Assembly (NCBI GenBank): GCA_000091205.1
Contig: AP006497.2
Strand: one strand, 5' to 3'
Origin: Cyanidioschyzon merolae
Lineage: Eukaryota
DNA: 64,000 nt
Shown here in pieces: positions 9,176 to 19,222 of this stretch. A program made the position numbers and the translations under genes. The notes beneath the pieces are model-generated. The model made no database searches and had not been told where the DNA came from. It was given only the letters and a program-made list of their open reading frames with translations. How positions within the stretch are numbered: the first letter of the stretch is position 1; the number at the start of each line of letters is the position of its first letter.

Positions 9176-12100
9176 ATGAGCGCCGGTCCACGTTACAGCG
9201 ACGAGTCAGGCACGTTCTTGCTCGAAACGAGCCGTTTGGCTCGGCGCCGAAGAGCCGTCGTCGAGGAGCTGTGGAACCATCGTCTGGCGTGGCCACCAGC
9301 ACAACTGCATCACGTTTACCAGGGCACGTTTTATACGAGCCTGAATGATCTAGACGTTGCTCGAAGTGCCTTCCGCGAGTCTCACGTTCCCTTACGCGAA
9401 GCGTTGGGCACCGAAATCCAAATGCTTCTGGGTTTCGACCTTGATAGTGGAAAGTGGTGCGGCCGTATGCCTGCACCGCCTCCGTTGCCGGACAGTTTCG
9501 TGTACAAAGTGCTTTTCGAGTCCGGCTTGCCTTGGCAGGAAAGCGTGCTCGCGCTTGGGTATATCCCTTTCCAGTATGGTTTATCTGGCGATGCTACCGA
9601 TCGGTTAACCCGGTTTCGTGAAACCTCTTGGCGCAAAGCACCAAGGGCGGCACCAGCAGGCGCACCCGAACAGAGTCGTGGACGCTCGCTAAAGAACAGC
9701 TCCTTGGTGGACACTACGCAACCAGTGATAGTACCTTTGCGCTTGAGCGCCGTCCTCCTGGAGCAGGCAGTGACCTTTCTAATGACAAGCGTTTCTGGAG
9801 CTTCTTTGGAGGACCCCGACACGATCGTCGTTAGAGAACGCACGAGCGCTGTTCTCTGTGGAGATGTACAAGTTGCTTCGCAGGATGAATCGACGCCATC
9901 GTCGATACCAACATTGAAACCTCACCATGAGTTCTCAGATCGTGTACAGCAACAGACGCATCGCGCCGAACCCGCCACGGATATGGCGGTTGGAGAAAAT
10001 AGGTCCAGGAGGACAACACCTGCTTGCGTGCGTCGCATGAATGTGTGCACTGGTGAAGCGCATGCAACGGCACCTAGTAGAATCACGTCGCCTACTCGGC
10101 CGGATAGGTACCAAGCAGCGTTTGGGCATCGAGCCAAAACAGGTCGATTAGCGGCCTCATCTCATGCCAGCGCTGCTGATGCTGCTGCTTCCGCGTCTAC
10201 GAATACAGCCCCAGCAGGTACGGGACAATGCGAGCAGAATGACCTGGCGCAGCGAGAGCGGCATTTTTTGATAGGGAGACATATCGCAAGGCTTCCATCG
10301 ATGCTAGCGCGCTGTTTGCTCATTCGTCTGATTGCCACAAACCAGCTAACGCTGCCGCTGCTATGCCTTTTCCAGGGATTGGAGCTGCCGATCCTTTCGC
10401 TGAGATCGTGTCGTATGCACATCACCGACACGTGGATGCCGTTAATTGGGACTTTTGTGGGGCTCGAAGAACTCGATCTCTCGTTCTGTCATCGCATCAC
10501 TGACCAGGGTATCCGTTTCCTCGCTAGGCGTTACGGATCCGAAGAGAACACCGAGGAGCCGTCGGTGGCGTCGAGAACGCTGCGATCGCTTTCTCTCCAG
10601 GGGTGCAACCAGCTGACCAATACGGCAGTTTTACACCTGGAGGCGTTTCCGCGGCTGAAACGACTCGACGTGAGCGATTGCCCCAATATGGGGAATGCGG
10701 CGCTTCAGGTTCTCGCGGAGCGCTTTCGGCTGAGAGCACTCTCGGTTGCTCGTTGCGAGCGGGTCGGGAGCTCCAGCATAGCGGCGCTGTTACGGGGAGA
10801 AAACCACAATCGCATGGCATCTAGCAAAAGCGTACAGCTCGACCAGAAAGCACCCATCGAAGAGGTACCGTTGGAGACCAATGAATGTCAGTTAGAGTTT
10901 TTGGACGTTTCTGGATGCCCAGCTGTTGGCGAGTACGCCTTTCTTGGATCCGCAACACGCTTCAGTAATCGTATCGCTGCGAACGCTGCATCGCCGTCGA
11001 CCGGCTTGCCGCTTCGGACTCTGCGTTTACGAGGATGTACGCGGGTCAACGACACGGTTTGCGAACAAATAGGGCATCTGTTCCGAAATCTGCAGGAGCT
11101 GGACCTTTACGGGTGTGCACGCGTTACCGATCGCGGCATACTAGACTTGGTACGAAGCCTCGAAGAATCCCTCCAGGTGCTCTGCTTGGCGGAAACCCAG
11201 ATTACGGACAAGGGGCTCGCCGCATTGGCACAGCTGCGGTGTTTGCGTCGCTTGCACCTGACCCGCTGTCGACGGCTGGAGTTTGCACCAGGTGTTATGG
11301 AGATGTTCTGTACCCGAATGGCTGCGCAGGCGAGTCTGAGCGAACTCCGATTGCGCTCTCTGCCTTCGGTGAACGCCCGAGTCATCGCAGAACTGAGCGG
11401 TTTGTTTGTCGCGGGCGAGCTCAAGCATTTGAATTTGACGGACTGCCACCAGGTGAACGACGAGGCACTGCTGGCTCTGGGCGAGGCGCTGCGCGTACGC
11501 CTTATGGACGCCACGCCTCGAACGTCGTCAAGAACGGGAAACTCCTCAGCTGTCGCCACACAGCGACCTCCGCGTTGTCTCGTACAATCTTTATCGTTAC
11601 GGAATACCGGTATCCGCGATACAGGCCTAATATTCAAGGTTTTTATTGGCATGCGTCATCTGGACCTGGGCGAGTGCCCGACCCTAGAGAAACTGGATAC
11701 GCTCTTTGGCGACATTGCCGAGGCGGAGGAAGCACTTGCACGTTTCGGACGCCGTTCGATGCGCCTAGAGCGGCCTGCGGTGCCCACTGCGAACCGCACC
11801 AGTGCGCCTGCCTTCAGTGCCTACGAGGGCATCGTTTCAGGCACCTGCAGCCGTGCTTGCCGCGATTCGCATGATGACGTCGCAGACTGGCGAGGTCGCA
11901 CAAACACCAACACAGAGGATGCCGGCTGCTGGGCGCCTTGGGGCCTCGCGAACGCACGCGCCTCACAGGAAGCGGGGTTGTCCCATGGACCAAGCGCACT
12001 GCCCGTGGTCCCTCCCTGGCTGAATACGCTCGAATATCTGGACTTGTCCCATTGTCAGTCGGTTTCATTCGCAAATCTGCGTACACTGCGCTCAGAAAGT

Positions 12101-12838
12101 TTGCGAATCCTCATACTCGATCATTGTTCTGGGGTGACAAACGCATGCGTCGCCCTGCTTGCCTATCACGTACCGAATCTCCAGGAATTGAGCCTGCGCT
12201 TCACTGCCGTTGGTGACCTGGGAATTGCCGCTTTTGCGAACCGCTTCCGGCATTTGGAGAAACTGCACCTTCGAGGCCTACCCGATGTGACGCATGTTGG
12301 CATACGACGACTTGCTGCGTCTCCACTGGCGACGAAGCTCCGTGTTTTGGAGCTTGCCGAGTGTCCAGCGATCGGCGAACTTGCGCTCGCATCCCTGAAT
12401 GGCATGAAAGCGCTCGAATATCTGAGCCTCAAAGGATGCACCGAAATCAACGACGCTGCATTGCGGCAATTAGAAGACGTACCAGTTTTGACGGTTCTTA
12501 ACCTGCGGCAGTGTCCTTTAGTGAGCAGCAAACAGATTGAATTGTTGCGCAGTCGACTGCCAAGTCTTGTCGAAGTGAAATTTTCAAATGAATCCAGGGG
12601 CCTTGCGGAGCACACCGGCACGCCGAGTGCGCTTGTGGATAGCTTTCTCGCCTACGTTCATGGCGGTTCGCGAAGATCACCAACGGGTCGAAATCAGGCG
12701 CTTGCGCGGCAGCAACAAGTCGATGAGGCAGCACCGTCTCCGACTCGCATTTTTCTGGACATGTTTGACGCTTGGGAGATGGGACAGCGTTCAGCCCGAC
12801 GCCGCTGCAGCCGTAGTAGCAGCAGCGCAAACCGCTAA
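9176..12838 (+). CDS. Leucine-rich-repeat protein (F-box/LRR, RNI-like Cys-containing LRRs) with a long disordered N-terminal region
   Basis: A 1260-aa ORF whose track start at 9056 is GTG; the first ATG is 9176. From about aa 470 there are repeated LxxLxLxxCxxITD units: LEELDLSFCHRITDQGIRFL, LRSLSLQGCNQLTNTAVLHL, LKRLDVSDCPNMGNAAL, LQELDLYGCARVTDRGILDL, LEYLSLKGCTEINDAAL and others. This is the AMN1/FBXL-type architecture. Confidence 0.7.
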   Translation: MSAGPRYSDESGTFLLETSRLARRRRAVVEELWNHRLAWPPAQLHHVYQGTFYTSLNDLDVARSAFRESHVPLREALGTEIQMLLGFDLDSGKWCGRMPAPPPLPDSFVYKVLFESGLPWQESVLALGYIPFQYGLSGDATDRLTRFRETSWRKAPRAAPAGAPEQSRGRSLKNSSLVDTTQPVIVPLRLSAVLLEQAVTFLMTSVSGASLEDPDTIVVRERTSAVLCGDVQVASQDESTPSSIPTLKPHHEFSDRVQQQTHRAEPATDMAVGENRSRRTTPACVRRMNVCTGEAHATAPSRITSPTRPDRYQAAFGHRAKTGRLAASSHASAADAAASASTNTAPAGTGQCEQNDLAQRERHFLIGRHIARLPSMLARCLLIRLIATNQLTLPLLCLFQGLELPILSLRSCRMHITDTWMPLIGTFVGLEELDLSFCHRITDQGIRFLARRYGSEENTEEPSVASRTLRSLSLQGCNQLTNTAVLHLEAFPRLKRLDVSDCPNMGNAALQVLAERFRLRALSVARCERVGSSSIAALLRGENHNRMASSKSVQLDQKAPIEEVPLETNECQLEFLDVSGCPAVGEYAFLGSATRFSNRIAANAASPSTGLPLRTLRLRGCTRVNDTVCEQIGHLFRNLQELDLYGCARVTDRGILDLVRSLEESLQVLCLAETQITDKGLAALAQLRCLRRLHLTRCRRLEFAPGVMEMFCTRMAAQASLSELRLRSLPSVNARVIAELSGLFVAGELKHLNLTDCHQVNDEALLALGEALRVRLMDATPRTSSRTGNSSAVATQRPPRCLVQSLSLRNTGIRDTGLIFKVFIGMRHLDLGECPTLEKLDTLFGDIAEAEEALARFGRRSMRLERPAVPTANRTSAPAFSAYEGIVSGTCSRACRDSHDDVADWRGRTNTNTEDAGCWAPWGLANARASQEAGLSHGPSALPVVPPWLNTLEYLDLSHCQSVSFANLRTLRSESLRILILDHCSGVTNACVALLAYHVPNLQELSLRFTAVGDLGIAAFANRFRHLEKLHLRGLPDVTHVGIRRLAASPLATKLRVLELAECPAIGELALASLNGMKALEYLSLKGCTEINDAALRQLEDVPVLTVLNLRQCPLVSSKQIELLRSRLPSLVEVKFSNESRGLAEHTGTPSALVDSFLAYVHGGSRRSPTGRNQALARQQQVDEAAPSPTRIFLDMFDAWEMGQRSARRRCSRSSSSANR

Positions 12839-13177
12839 CTTGGATCTCGTATAACGACTGCAAGTTGCCACGCTTCTGGATTCGCACATGAACGCTCCCC
12901 AAAGACCGGGTCGAATGCAGGCTACAGCGAGCGCTCGGGCACGCGGAACCGAGACGCTTTCCGTTTAGACCGTTATCACATGCGGCGACGATGCGTTCTT
13001 TCGGACGACGACGAGACCGCCATACTTGCCTCCGTCAAGCGGTGTTTTCTGGTCGCATCCGGTTCACTCGCTACTCGGCGACGTAGAGACGTCAGGTGCC
13101 GTCTCAGAGCACAGCATCCGATCGATTGATGCACCTCAAGGCACAGGGCGCCTTTGTTGCAAGCATTGCCGCCAGTA

Positions 13178-13202
13178 GCGGCGGCGGCGGCGGCGGCGGC
13201 GC
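13178..13202. repeat. (GGC)n microsatellite followed by (TG)n at 13265-13285
   Basis: gcggcggcggcggcggcggc and tgtatgtgtgtgtgtgtac lie in the convergent intergenic spacer. Confidence 0.85.
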
Positions 13203-13831
13203 CTGACACGACTGCCGTGCCCTGTAGTGCCTCGCTATGTACGAATACAGCCCAGGCGCATGCCCTGTGTATGTGTGTGTGTGTACAGACCTCGGCGGAG
13301 AAGTTGCGGCGTGAAACGCTTCGGTGCACAACTGGGTCACGCTAGTGCAGAGCGAGCGTTTCTCGCATGCGAACACTGCACAGGCTGAATACAGGCGAAC
13401 AGATGGGACGCTGGGGCCTGGTTACCCGCTGGGATTCCCTCTCGCGGCTGGCAAGTTGCCCCAGTCATGTCTGGCCACTCGCTTCTCATCGCGTAAAGCG
13501 CTTTTTCGCGAGACGGCGTCGTCTGCGCATGCCGGCTACGACGCCCTGCAGCATATCACGAGGGGATCAGCGGCAGCCCGCGTCGCCGCTGTACAGCGCA
13601 TCCCAGGTCACATCAGCACCTGGAGCATTGTTTAAACGTACCGCGCTTCTCAAGCCAAGTGCGGTTTATCGCGTGCTTTCGAAGATAGGGAATGGCTCTG
13701 GAACGGAGAGCTGGTCGCTTTCCCAAATGGCGATGCAGAAACGCATATCCCTGCATCCTTGGTTCGATGCAACGCGTCCACAGAAAAACGTGCCGCAGAG
13801 GCGCGATCACCGCTACGTCATCTTTATCCAT

Positions 13832-15931
13832 TTATATACTATATCGTCCAGATTCTTCCGTGCTGCCCGATGCCTTGTGTCTGCCGTTCGCATCCGCCTC
13901 GTGTGATAACGACAGCACCGCTACCGTCTCTATATGCGGTGTGTGCGGGAACTGGTCAACCAGCGCCACTTTCTCCAGGCGATACCAAGGTGCATCTCGC
14001 AAGAGTAGGTCTAGGTCACGCGTCTGGCTCGCTGGATTACAGGACACGTATACAAGGCGGCGCGGTCGTAGTGCCGGCGGTGCACCGGCGATCGCTTTGA
14101 GCTGCCGCGGGTGCACGCCGGCACGCGGCGGGTCCATTACCAGCAGGTCCACTGGATGTTGCCGCGCCAGCGGCAAGTGTCGAAAGATGACTTGCCACAA
14201 GTTCTCTTTCTCCAGGTCCGTCACTTGAAAAACCGTGTTTGTGCGTGCATTGAGTCTGGCGTTCGTGCGGGCGTCATCGACGGCACTCGCCACGAGCTCC
14301 AGTCCCAGAACTTGCTCGGCGAAAGGTGCCAAGCAAAGCGCAATGGTGCCAGTGCCGCAGAAGAGGTCCACAACGAGCGCACCGGTGTCTTGTCTGGCCT
14401 GCGGGCTCGACACGGCAAGCTCGGCAGAAGACTCTGCAGCGGGTGACACCTGACCGACGCTCGGCTGTTCCAGGAGGCCGCTGTTCTCCAGAACAACCGC
14501 CATGAGCCGTTCAGCTTGTGCTGGATTCGTCTGAAAGAAGGAATTCGCGGAAATCTGAAAGTTGATGCCCGTCTCGGACCAGGAGCTGGTTTGGATTCGA
14601 GAGCGCACGTGGCGAAGCGGACGCAGGCACTGTTCGATGGTATCCTGGGTACCTGCCAGGCGTCGTTGGCTCTCTCCGACCGCAACTCCGGAGCGATTGC
14701 TGGTAATGTTTTGCAGCACGCAAACAAGGCCACGATTGGTCTCACCGAAAGCTTTCCACAGCGCAGCCGCAACGTCCTCCAGTGCAGCCTGCTGGTGAGC
14801 GTCTGCCGGTGGGCTCGTGACTAGGTTGACCATCACCTGCGTCTGATTGTGTCGGTCTTGAGCTGTCCGAATGACCAGGTTGCGCAGGAAACCAACGTGT
14901 TCCACGAGGTCGTAGGGCGGCAAGAGCGTCTCGGCCAGCGGTCGACAATGACGCTCGACGAAGCGAAGGATTTCGTTCGCGACGTCGATCTGAAGTGCGC
15001 AGTCCTCAATGCAGAGCACCTTATCGTAGCGTCGCGGTACGTGCAGTCCCAGCGCAAACCCAGTGCGCATGTCCTCACCGCTTTCCGGAGCTGTGTCCGT
15101 CCCGGGTCGTTTCCTACCAGAACTAACCGTGTTTTCGTCTCGCGTGGACGTGTCCCGGCCCTGACGCAGCGTGACCTTTCCGCTATCGTCTGCTGTATTC
15201 GGTTTCGGACGCCATACACGAGTTCCAAAGGTGAAATCCATCTTGTTCCGATACGCGTAGAGTCCTGTAGGCACCGTTGCTCCTACGGCCGGTAAGAACT
15301 CTACCGATGCCTCAGATGCAAGTCCATCTGTCTCCAGACGGCGGAGCAAGGCCCGATACATGTCACGAACTTGCTCCTCCTTCTCGGACAACTGTTTTGT
15401 GTAGATCAAGTTCTGAAACTTGCAGCCTCCACAACCTTCGAGGAAGTGTCGACACAGTGGCGCAGTTGCGAACATCGAGGGTGGATCTAGGCGTTCCACC
15501 ACTATCGCCTCCGCATGGTTACGTTTCCGACGAATGATGCGAGCACGCACTCGTTCTCCTGGAATGGCGTTGTGGACGAGCACCACGAATGACTCGTTCT
15601 CACTCAGTTGCAAACGACTGACGCCCATGCCAGTACCGTGCGCCAGTGACTCGACAGCGAGCTCCACCAGGAGGCCGCGCGAGGGCGACTTTTGTGACGA
15701 GGGCGCTCCAGGTCCATCGGTCGCTACCATGGTAGCGCTAGAGAGTCGCTCGCCCGCTGAAAAGTGTCGAGTTTGACGACTCCTGTGACACGGACGCTGC
15801 CAGACGCGTGCCCTGTAGATAATCGGTGAAAGCACTCGCGCAAAAGCAGGTTTTAGCGACACAGGTCTTTCGAAAAGTGAAACATACGTTCGTTCGACCA
15901 GGACAGCACCAGTGCGAATCTCTGTCCGCAT
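13832..15931 (-). CDS. TrmA/RumA-family RNA (uracil-5)-methyltransferase (TRM2-like), with an N-terminal extension
   Basis: The ATG start at complement 15929-15931 is verified. There is a TRAM-like N-region. A Cys cluster ...CRHFLEGCGGCKFQNL resembles the RumA Fe-S motif. A SAM-binding motif VVDLFCGTGTIALCLAP is present. The C-terminus has VYVSCNPASQTRDL, typical of class I m5U methyltransferases. Confidence 0.75.
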   Translation of the reverse strand: MRTEIRTGAVLVERTYVSLFERPVSLKPAFARVLSPIIYRARVWQRPCHRSRQTRHFSAGERLSSATMVATDGPGAPSSQKSPSRGLLVELAVESLAHGTGMGVSRLQLSENESFVVLVHNAIPGERVRARIIRRKRNHAEAIVVERLDPPSMFATAPLCRHFLEGCGGCKFQNLIYTKQLSEKEEQVRDMYRALLRRLETDGLASEASVEFLPAVGATVPTGLYAYRNKMDFTFGTRVWRPKPNTADDSGKVTLRQGRDTSTRDENTVSSGRKRPGTDTAPESGEDMRTGFALGLHVPRRYDKVLCIEDCALQIDVANEILRFVERHCRPLAETLLPPYDLVEHVGFLRNLVIRTAQDRHNQTQVMVNLVTSPPADAHQQAALEDVAAALWKAFGETNRGLVCVLQNITSNRSGVAVGESQRRLAGTQDTIEQCLRPLRHVRSRIQTSSWSETGINFQISANSFFQTNPAQAERLMAVVLENSGLLEQPSVGQVSPAAESSAELAVSSPQARQDTGALVVDLFCGTGTIALCLAPFAEQVLGLELVASAVDDARTNARLNARTNTVFQVTDLEKENLWQVIFRHLPLARQHPVDLLVMDPPRAGVHPRQLKAIAGAPPALRPRRLVYVSCNPASQTRDLDLLLRDAPWYRLEKVALVDQFPHTPHIETVAVLSLSHEADANGRHKASGSTEESGRYSI

Positions 15932-16371
15932 CCACGAGCAGTGCGAAAGGGCAAGTACTCGGAGCCTGGAAACACAGCGTCAGTGCCAGTTCGAGACTGA
16001 GCGACCTGCGTCCGTCTTGGTAGAGGTTTTCAACTTGGCAGGCTCGCGAAGCCGACTTTTCGGTTAAGGGACGCACTGTTGCTGCTCTTTAATCCTAACG
16101 AGAGCTTGCCTCTTCAGCAGAGACTACCGCGTTCCAATAGCCCCGCAGTAAAGTTCGTGAAGAGAATAGAGTCTGGTTTTTCACGCGGCTCTGCGGGGGT
16201 AGCGTCTACCGCTGGTGTTTTAAGAAAAAGCGGTACGATGTGTGGTTTTGGAGCAAAAGAGCATCGCGCAGCGTAGATATGTCCTCGATGACAGAACGTC
16301 TCCATTGATCAGGGATCCCAGATTGCGGGATGGATTTCGGCAAGCGGGAAAGTGTTTATGAAACTGTACCC

Positions 16372-18280
16372 TACCTTCAAGTTCCATTACCCATACTTGC
16401 TTTCGGATATACAGGTCTTTTCATAGGTTCCATCCAGCGGCGAATGGCTGCCTTGAGCACTCGCCGTAGCGCCTGCACCGCTCAAGCAGATGCTGCATAG
16501 AGAGTCAGAGGGGCTCTGCAATACCACAGAGGGCGTCGGCTCGAGGCGTCATTCATTCAACCTCGACTCGAGATTCGTAATGAAACTGGGAGCCTGCAAG
16601 CGCTGCTGGCAGACCTACTGTCTGCGGCAGCGCGAAGCAACAGACTAGGAGTCCACTGCGACCAGGGCGACGCCCAGACGCAGTAAAGCGGCGTCTAGAC
16701 CCAGAATGAACTGCGTTGCGGAAGAGTTGAACAGGTCTCACGAAAGCACCTGCCACTGGAGGAAGCATAAAGCGCGACCCGGGCAGACTCGTCCAGGTCG
16801 CGGGACCTTCCGCCTAGGGGGTAAGCTTTTGACGGCATCGGAAACTTTCCCCTCGTTTCACGTCTATCGTAAAGCGGGGAAGGAATCGTTATCTCGTTGC
16901 TATGTAGTGGTACGTTGCTGTTATTTTGTCTATACGGCGCTCGACAGGCGCACCTGGAATATCTGGCGGTCACGAGACAAGACGGATATCTCGCCGTTGA
17001 AGGGAAACCCGATCGTGATCATTTGCGTGTTGCTCTGACGTACAAGTTGTGTTTGCGTTACAGTCGTGCCAAAGTACAGTGTTTCATCTCGATGGTGTTT
17101 CGACCATCAAGCAACGATATTCCGGTAGTTTTCGCGCAGTTTGTATCAGAAGCGTTCAAAAAGCGTTCTTTTTCAAAAAAACAAAAAAGGAAAGTTTTGG
17201 AGAGGCAAGTCGACGATCCCAGAGGCCAAGTGTCACCGGATGCCGGAAAAAGCGGAGAGCACTGCCGAGCCCAGAAGCACTGGAGAGGAGTGCGACGCGG
17301 AAAGTGCATGAGAACGACTTGGTCGTTGGTGCAGACGCCGGAAACACGAAGATCAGGAACCATCGCCGTGCGCGAGTGTGCGGAAGATGGCGTGGACGGT
17401 AACCTACGTCCGAAAGACATGCGGCTTTTGAGCTTCTCGAGAGCGAGATGCTATCGAGAATCTGGAATCATGAATGCAAGGACAAAAATCGAGACGTGGA
17501 ACGCAGGAATGAAGGATCACGTGGAAGCTTCGAGCGATGTGACGAGCCGAGGAGCAGACTTTCAAACTTTTCTGAAATGCATGGAAGTTCGCGTCGCTGA
17601 CTGGGAGGCGCTGTGGAAAGCGTATCCAAAGCCCCGGTGGGCTCGTCTGCGTATGCGTCTATACTGTGGGAAGCAGCGCGCATTCGCCAATTTTTTCAAT
17701 CCACTGAACGCCTTGAAGGAGGACGAGGGTCAGAGGCTCCTAGTAGCGTACGGAGCAGGGCGCTGGATGACCCAAAACAGGATATACGCCAGCTCCAACA
17801 ACAAGAACGTACAAGGAGCGCGCACGGCGTTTTGTCACCATACCGATAGATGCGTTCCGAACATCGTACACACACCATGAGCTGGGCTGCACGCTTCAGA
17901 GGGTCGAGATAGAAAAGTGCCAGCGGGGCCCTGAGCATTTAAAAAAGTACGGAGCGCCGACGGAAGAGCAAATGGAAAGGAGGGCAAAAGTGCGAGAGCT
18001 ACTCGCATTAGTATATACAACCAGTGATGGCAAGAAACGTATGGAATTCGTGAACCGAGACTTGAACGCCGCTATCAATATTCGGAGAAGTGCGGTGATG
18101 GGGAAAAGACCTCCAGAGTTGACAGGAGAGAATTTTGTGGGGCAGCGTCTCATGGTCGAATTGTACAGAATGAAAATGAAGCCAGTTGTAGGTGGCCAGT
18201 CGAGCGAGACAGTGAGGCTTCGGCGTTTCAGTTGGAGACGTTTTGTGTAGGGCGCGTTTGCCGCCACTGCTGTGCACCGC
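16372..18280 (+). mobile_element. TnpB/Fanzor-like RuvC-nuclease element, copy 2
   Basis: Direct repeat of copy 1. The ORFs 16897..17880 and 17972..18250 match 7176..8159 and 8251..8529. The last ~850 bp are identical; differences cluster around 17280-17400 (G-x-D-x-G is retained: LVVGADAGNTKI). The right edge lies ~50 bp upstream of the DUF1992 ORF. Confidence 0.55.
17049..18250 (+). CDS. TnpB/Fanzor-like nuclease homologue, copy 2 (multi-frame)
   Basis: Same frame structure as copy 1, with RuvC-I-like VVGADAGNTKI and RuvC-III FVNRDLNAAINIRR. Confidence 0.5.
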
Positions 18281-18325
18281 TGACGACTGCTTTCGACTTT
18301 TGAAAGGCGTTTGCTAGCGGTGTAA

Positions 18326-19222
18326 GCGTTGGCGCACCTCCGGAGGACTGACACTGGGCCCGGGCGGTCATCTGTGCAACAGTCGCATGTTCTCGGTATT
18401 CTTCGCTCATATCTGCTTCGCCCGCTCACCACTCGTGGACGCAGTCACTGGCACGCAGTACCGAGCCGAGCACTCGTGGCCGTAGCAGAGCGCCCTGCTG
18501 GCCCTGGAGGCGTGCAAAAGCGCACCGAACGCGTCGTACCGAGTGAGGCCGCTCGACAGGAGCGCACTGCCCGTCTGCGTCGCGCCGTAGACCTTCCACA
18601 AAATCGCATTTATCCCTTTCTAGAGCATAAGGTTGCTGGCGAGGCCAAACGCAAGGACCTCCTGGCCGTTCTGGAGCAGGACTCGAGTCGCTTCGAAGAT
18701 GAACGAGCCATTCGTGACTGGGTTGAGTCACAGATTCAGGAAGCGATTCGGCAAGGGGCGTTCGAGCGGCTCCCGCGAGGGCCACTGCAGCTGCCGCAAC
18801 CACCACTCGGTGTCGACCTTGTCACGTATACCATGCATGGTCTTTTACAGCGGCACGGACTGCGACCTGTCTGGATAGAATGTATGCATGAAGTAGACGC
18901 CGAAGTGAAACGTATTCGTCTGGCTCTGGAACGAGCGTATCGAGCTCGAGTTGCTACCGCCGAGGACACGTCACCTGCGAGCACAGCACAACGAGCTGAG
19001 CGCTGGGAGGCAGCAGCGCGGGAGCTCCAGGAACAGATGCATCAAGTGAACCGACGAAATGATGCTTTTAATCTCATGAAACCCGAGCGCCTGGACACTG
19101 TTTTCCGACTGCGCATGCGTTGGGAGCACGAATTCATGCGCGTCAAGCAACGAGTGGAAAGCGAGTACTCAGCTGAACCGCGTAGCAGTTTAGCTCCGGA
19201 GGCAACGGACCCGAAAGCTTGA
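18326..19222 (+). CDS. DUF1992 (DNAJC28 C-terminal domain-like) protein; 5' end unresolved, no in-frame ATG before the domain
   Basis: ...ERAIRDWVESQIQEAIRQGAFERLPRGPLQLPQPPLGVDLVTYTMHGLLQRHGLRPVWIECMHEVDAEVKRIRLALERAY matches the DUF1992 pattern (IEEAIRxGxFDNLPGKGKPL...). The track start at 18329 is TTG and there is an in-frame stop at 18323-18325. The first in-frame ATG falls only inside the domain. Confidence 0.5.
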   Translation, partial: ALAHLRRTDTGPGRSSVQQSHVLGILRSYLLRPLTTRGRSHWHAVPSRALVAVAERPAGPGGVQKRTERVVPSEAARQERTARLRRAVDLPQNRIYPFLEHKVAGEAKRKDLLAVLEQDSSRFEDERAIRDWVESQIQEAIRQGAFERLPRGPLQLPQPPLGVDLVTYTMHGLLQRHGLRPVWIECMHEVDAEVKRIRLALERAYRARVATAEDTSPASTAQRAERWEAAARELQEQMHQVNRRNDAFNLMKPERLDTVFRLRMRWEHEFMRVKQRVESEYSAEPRSSLAPEATDPKA

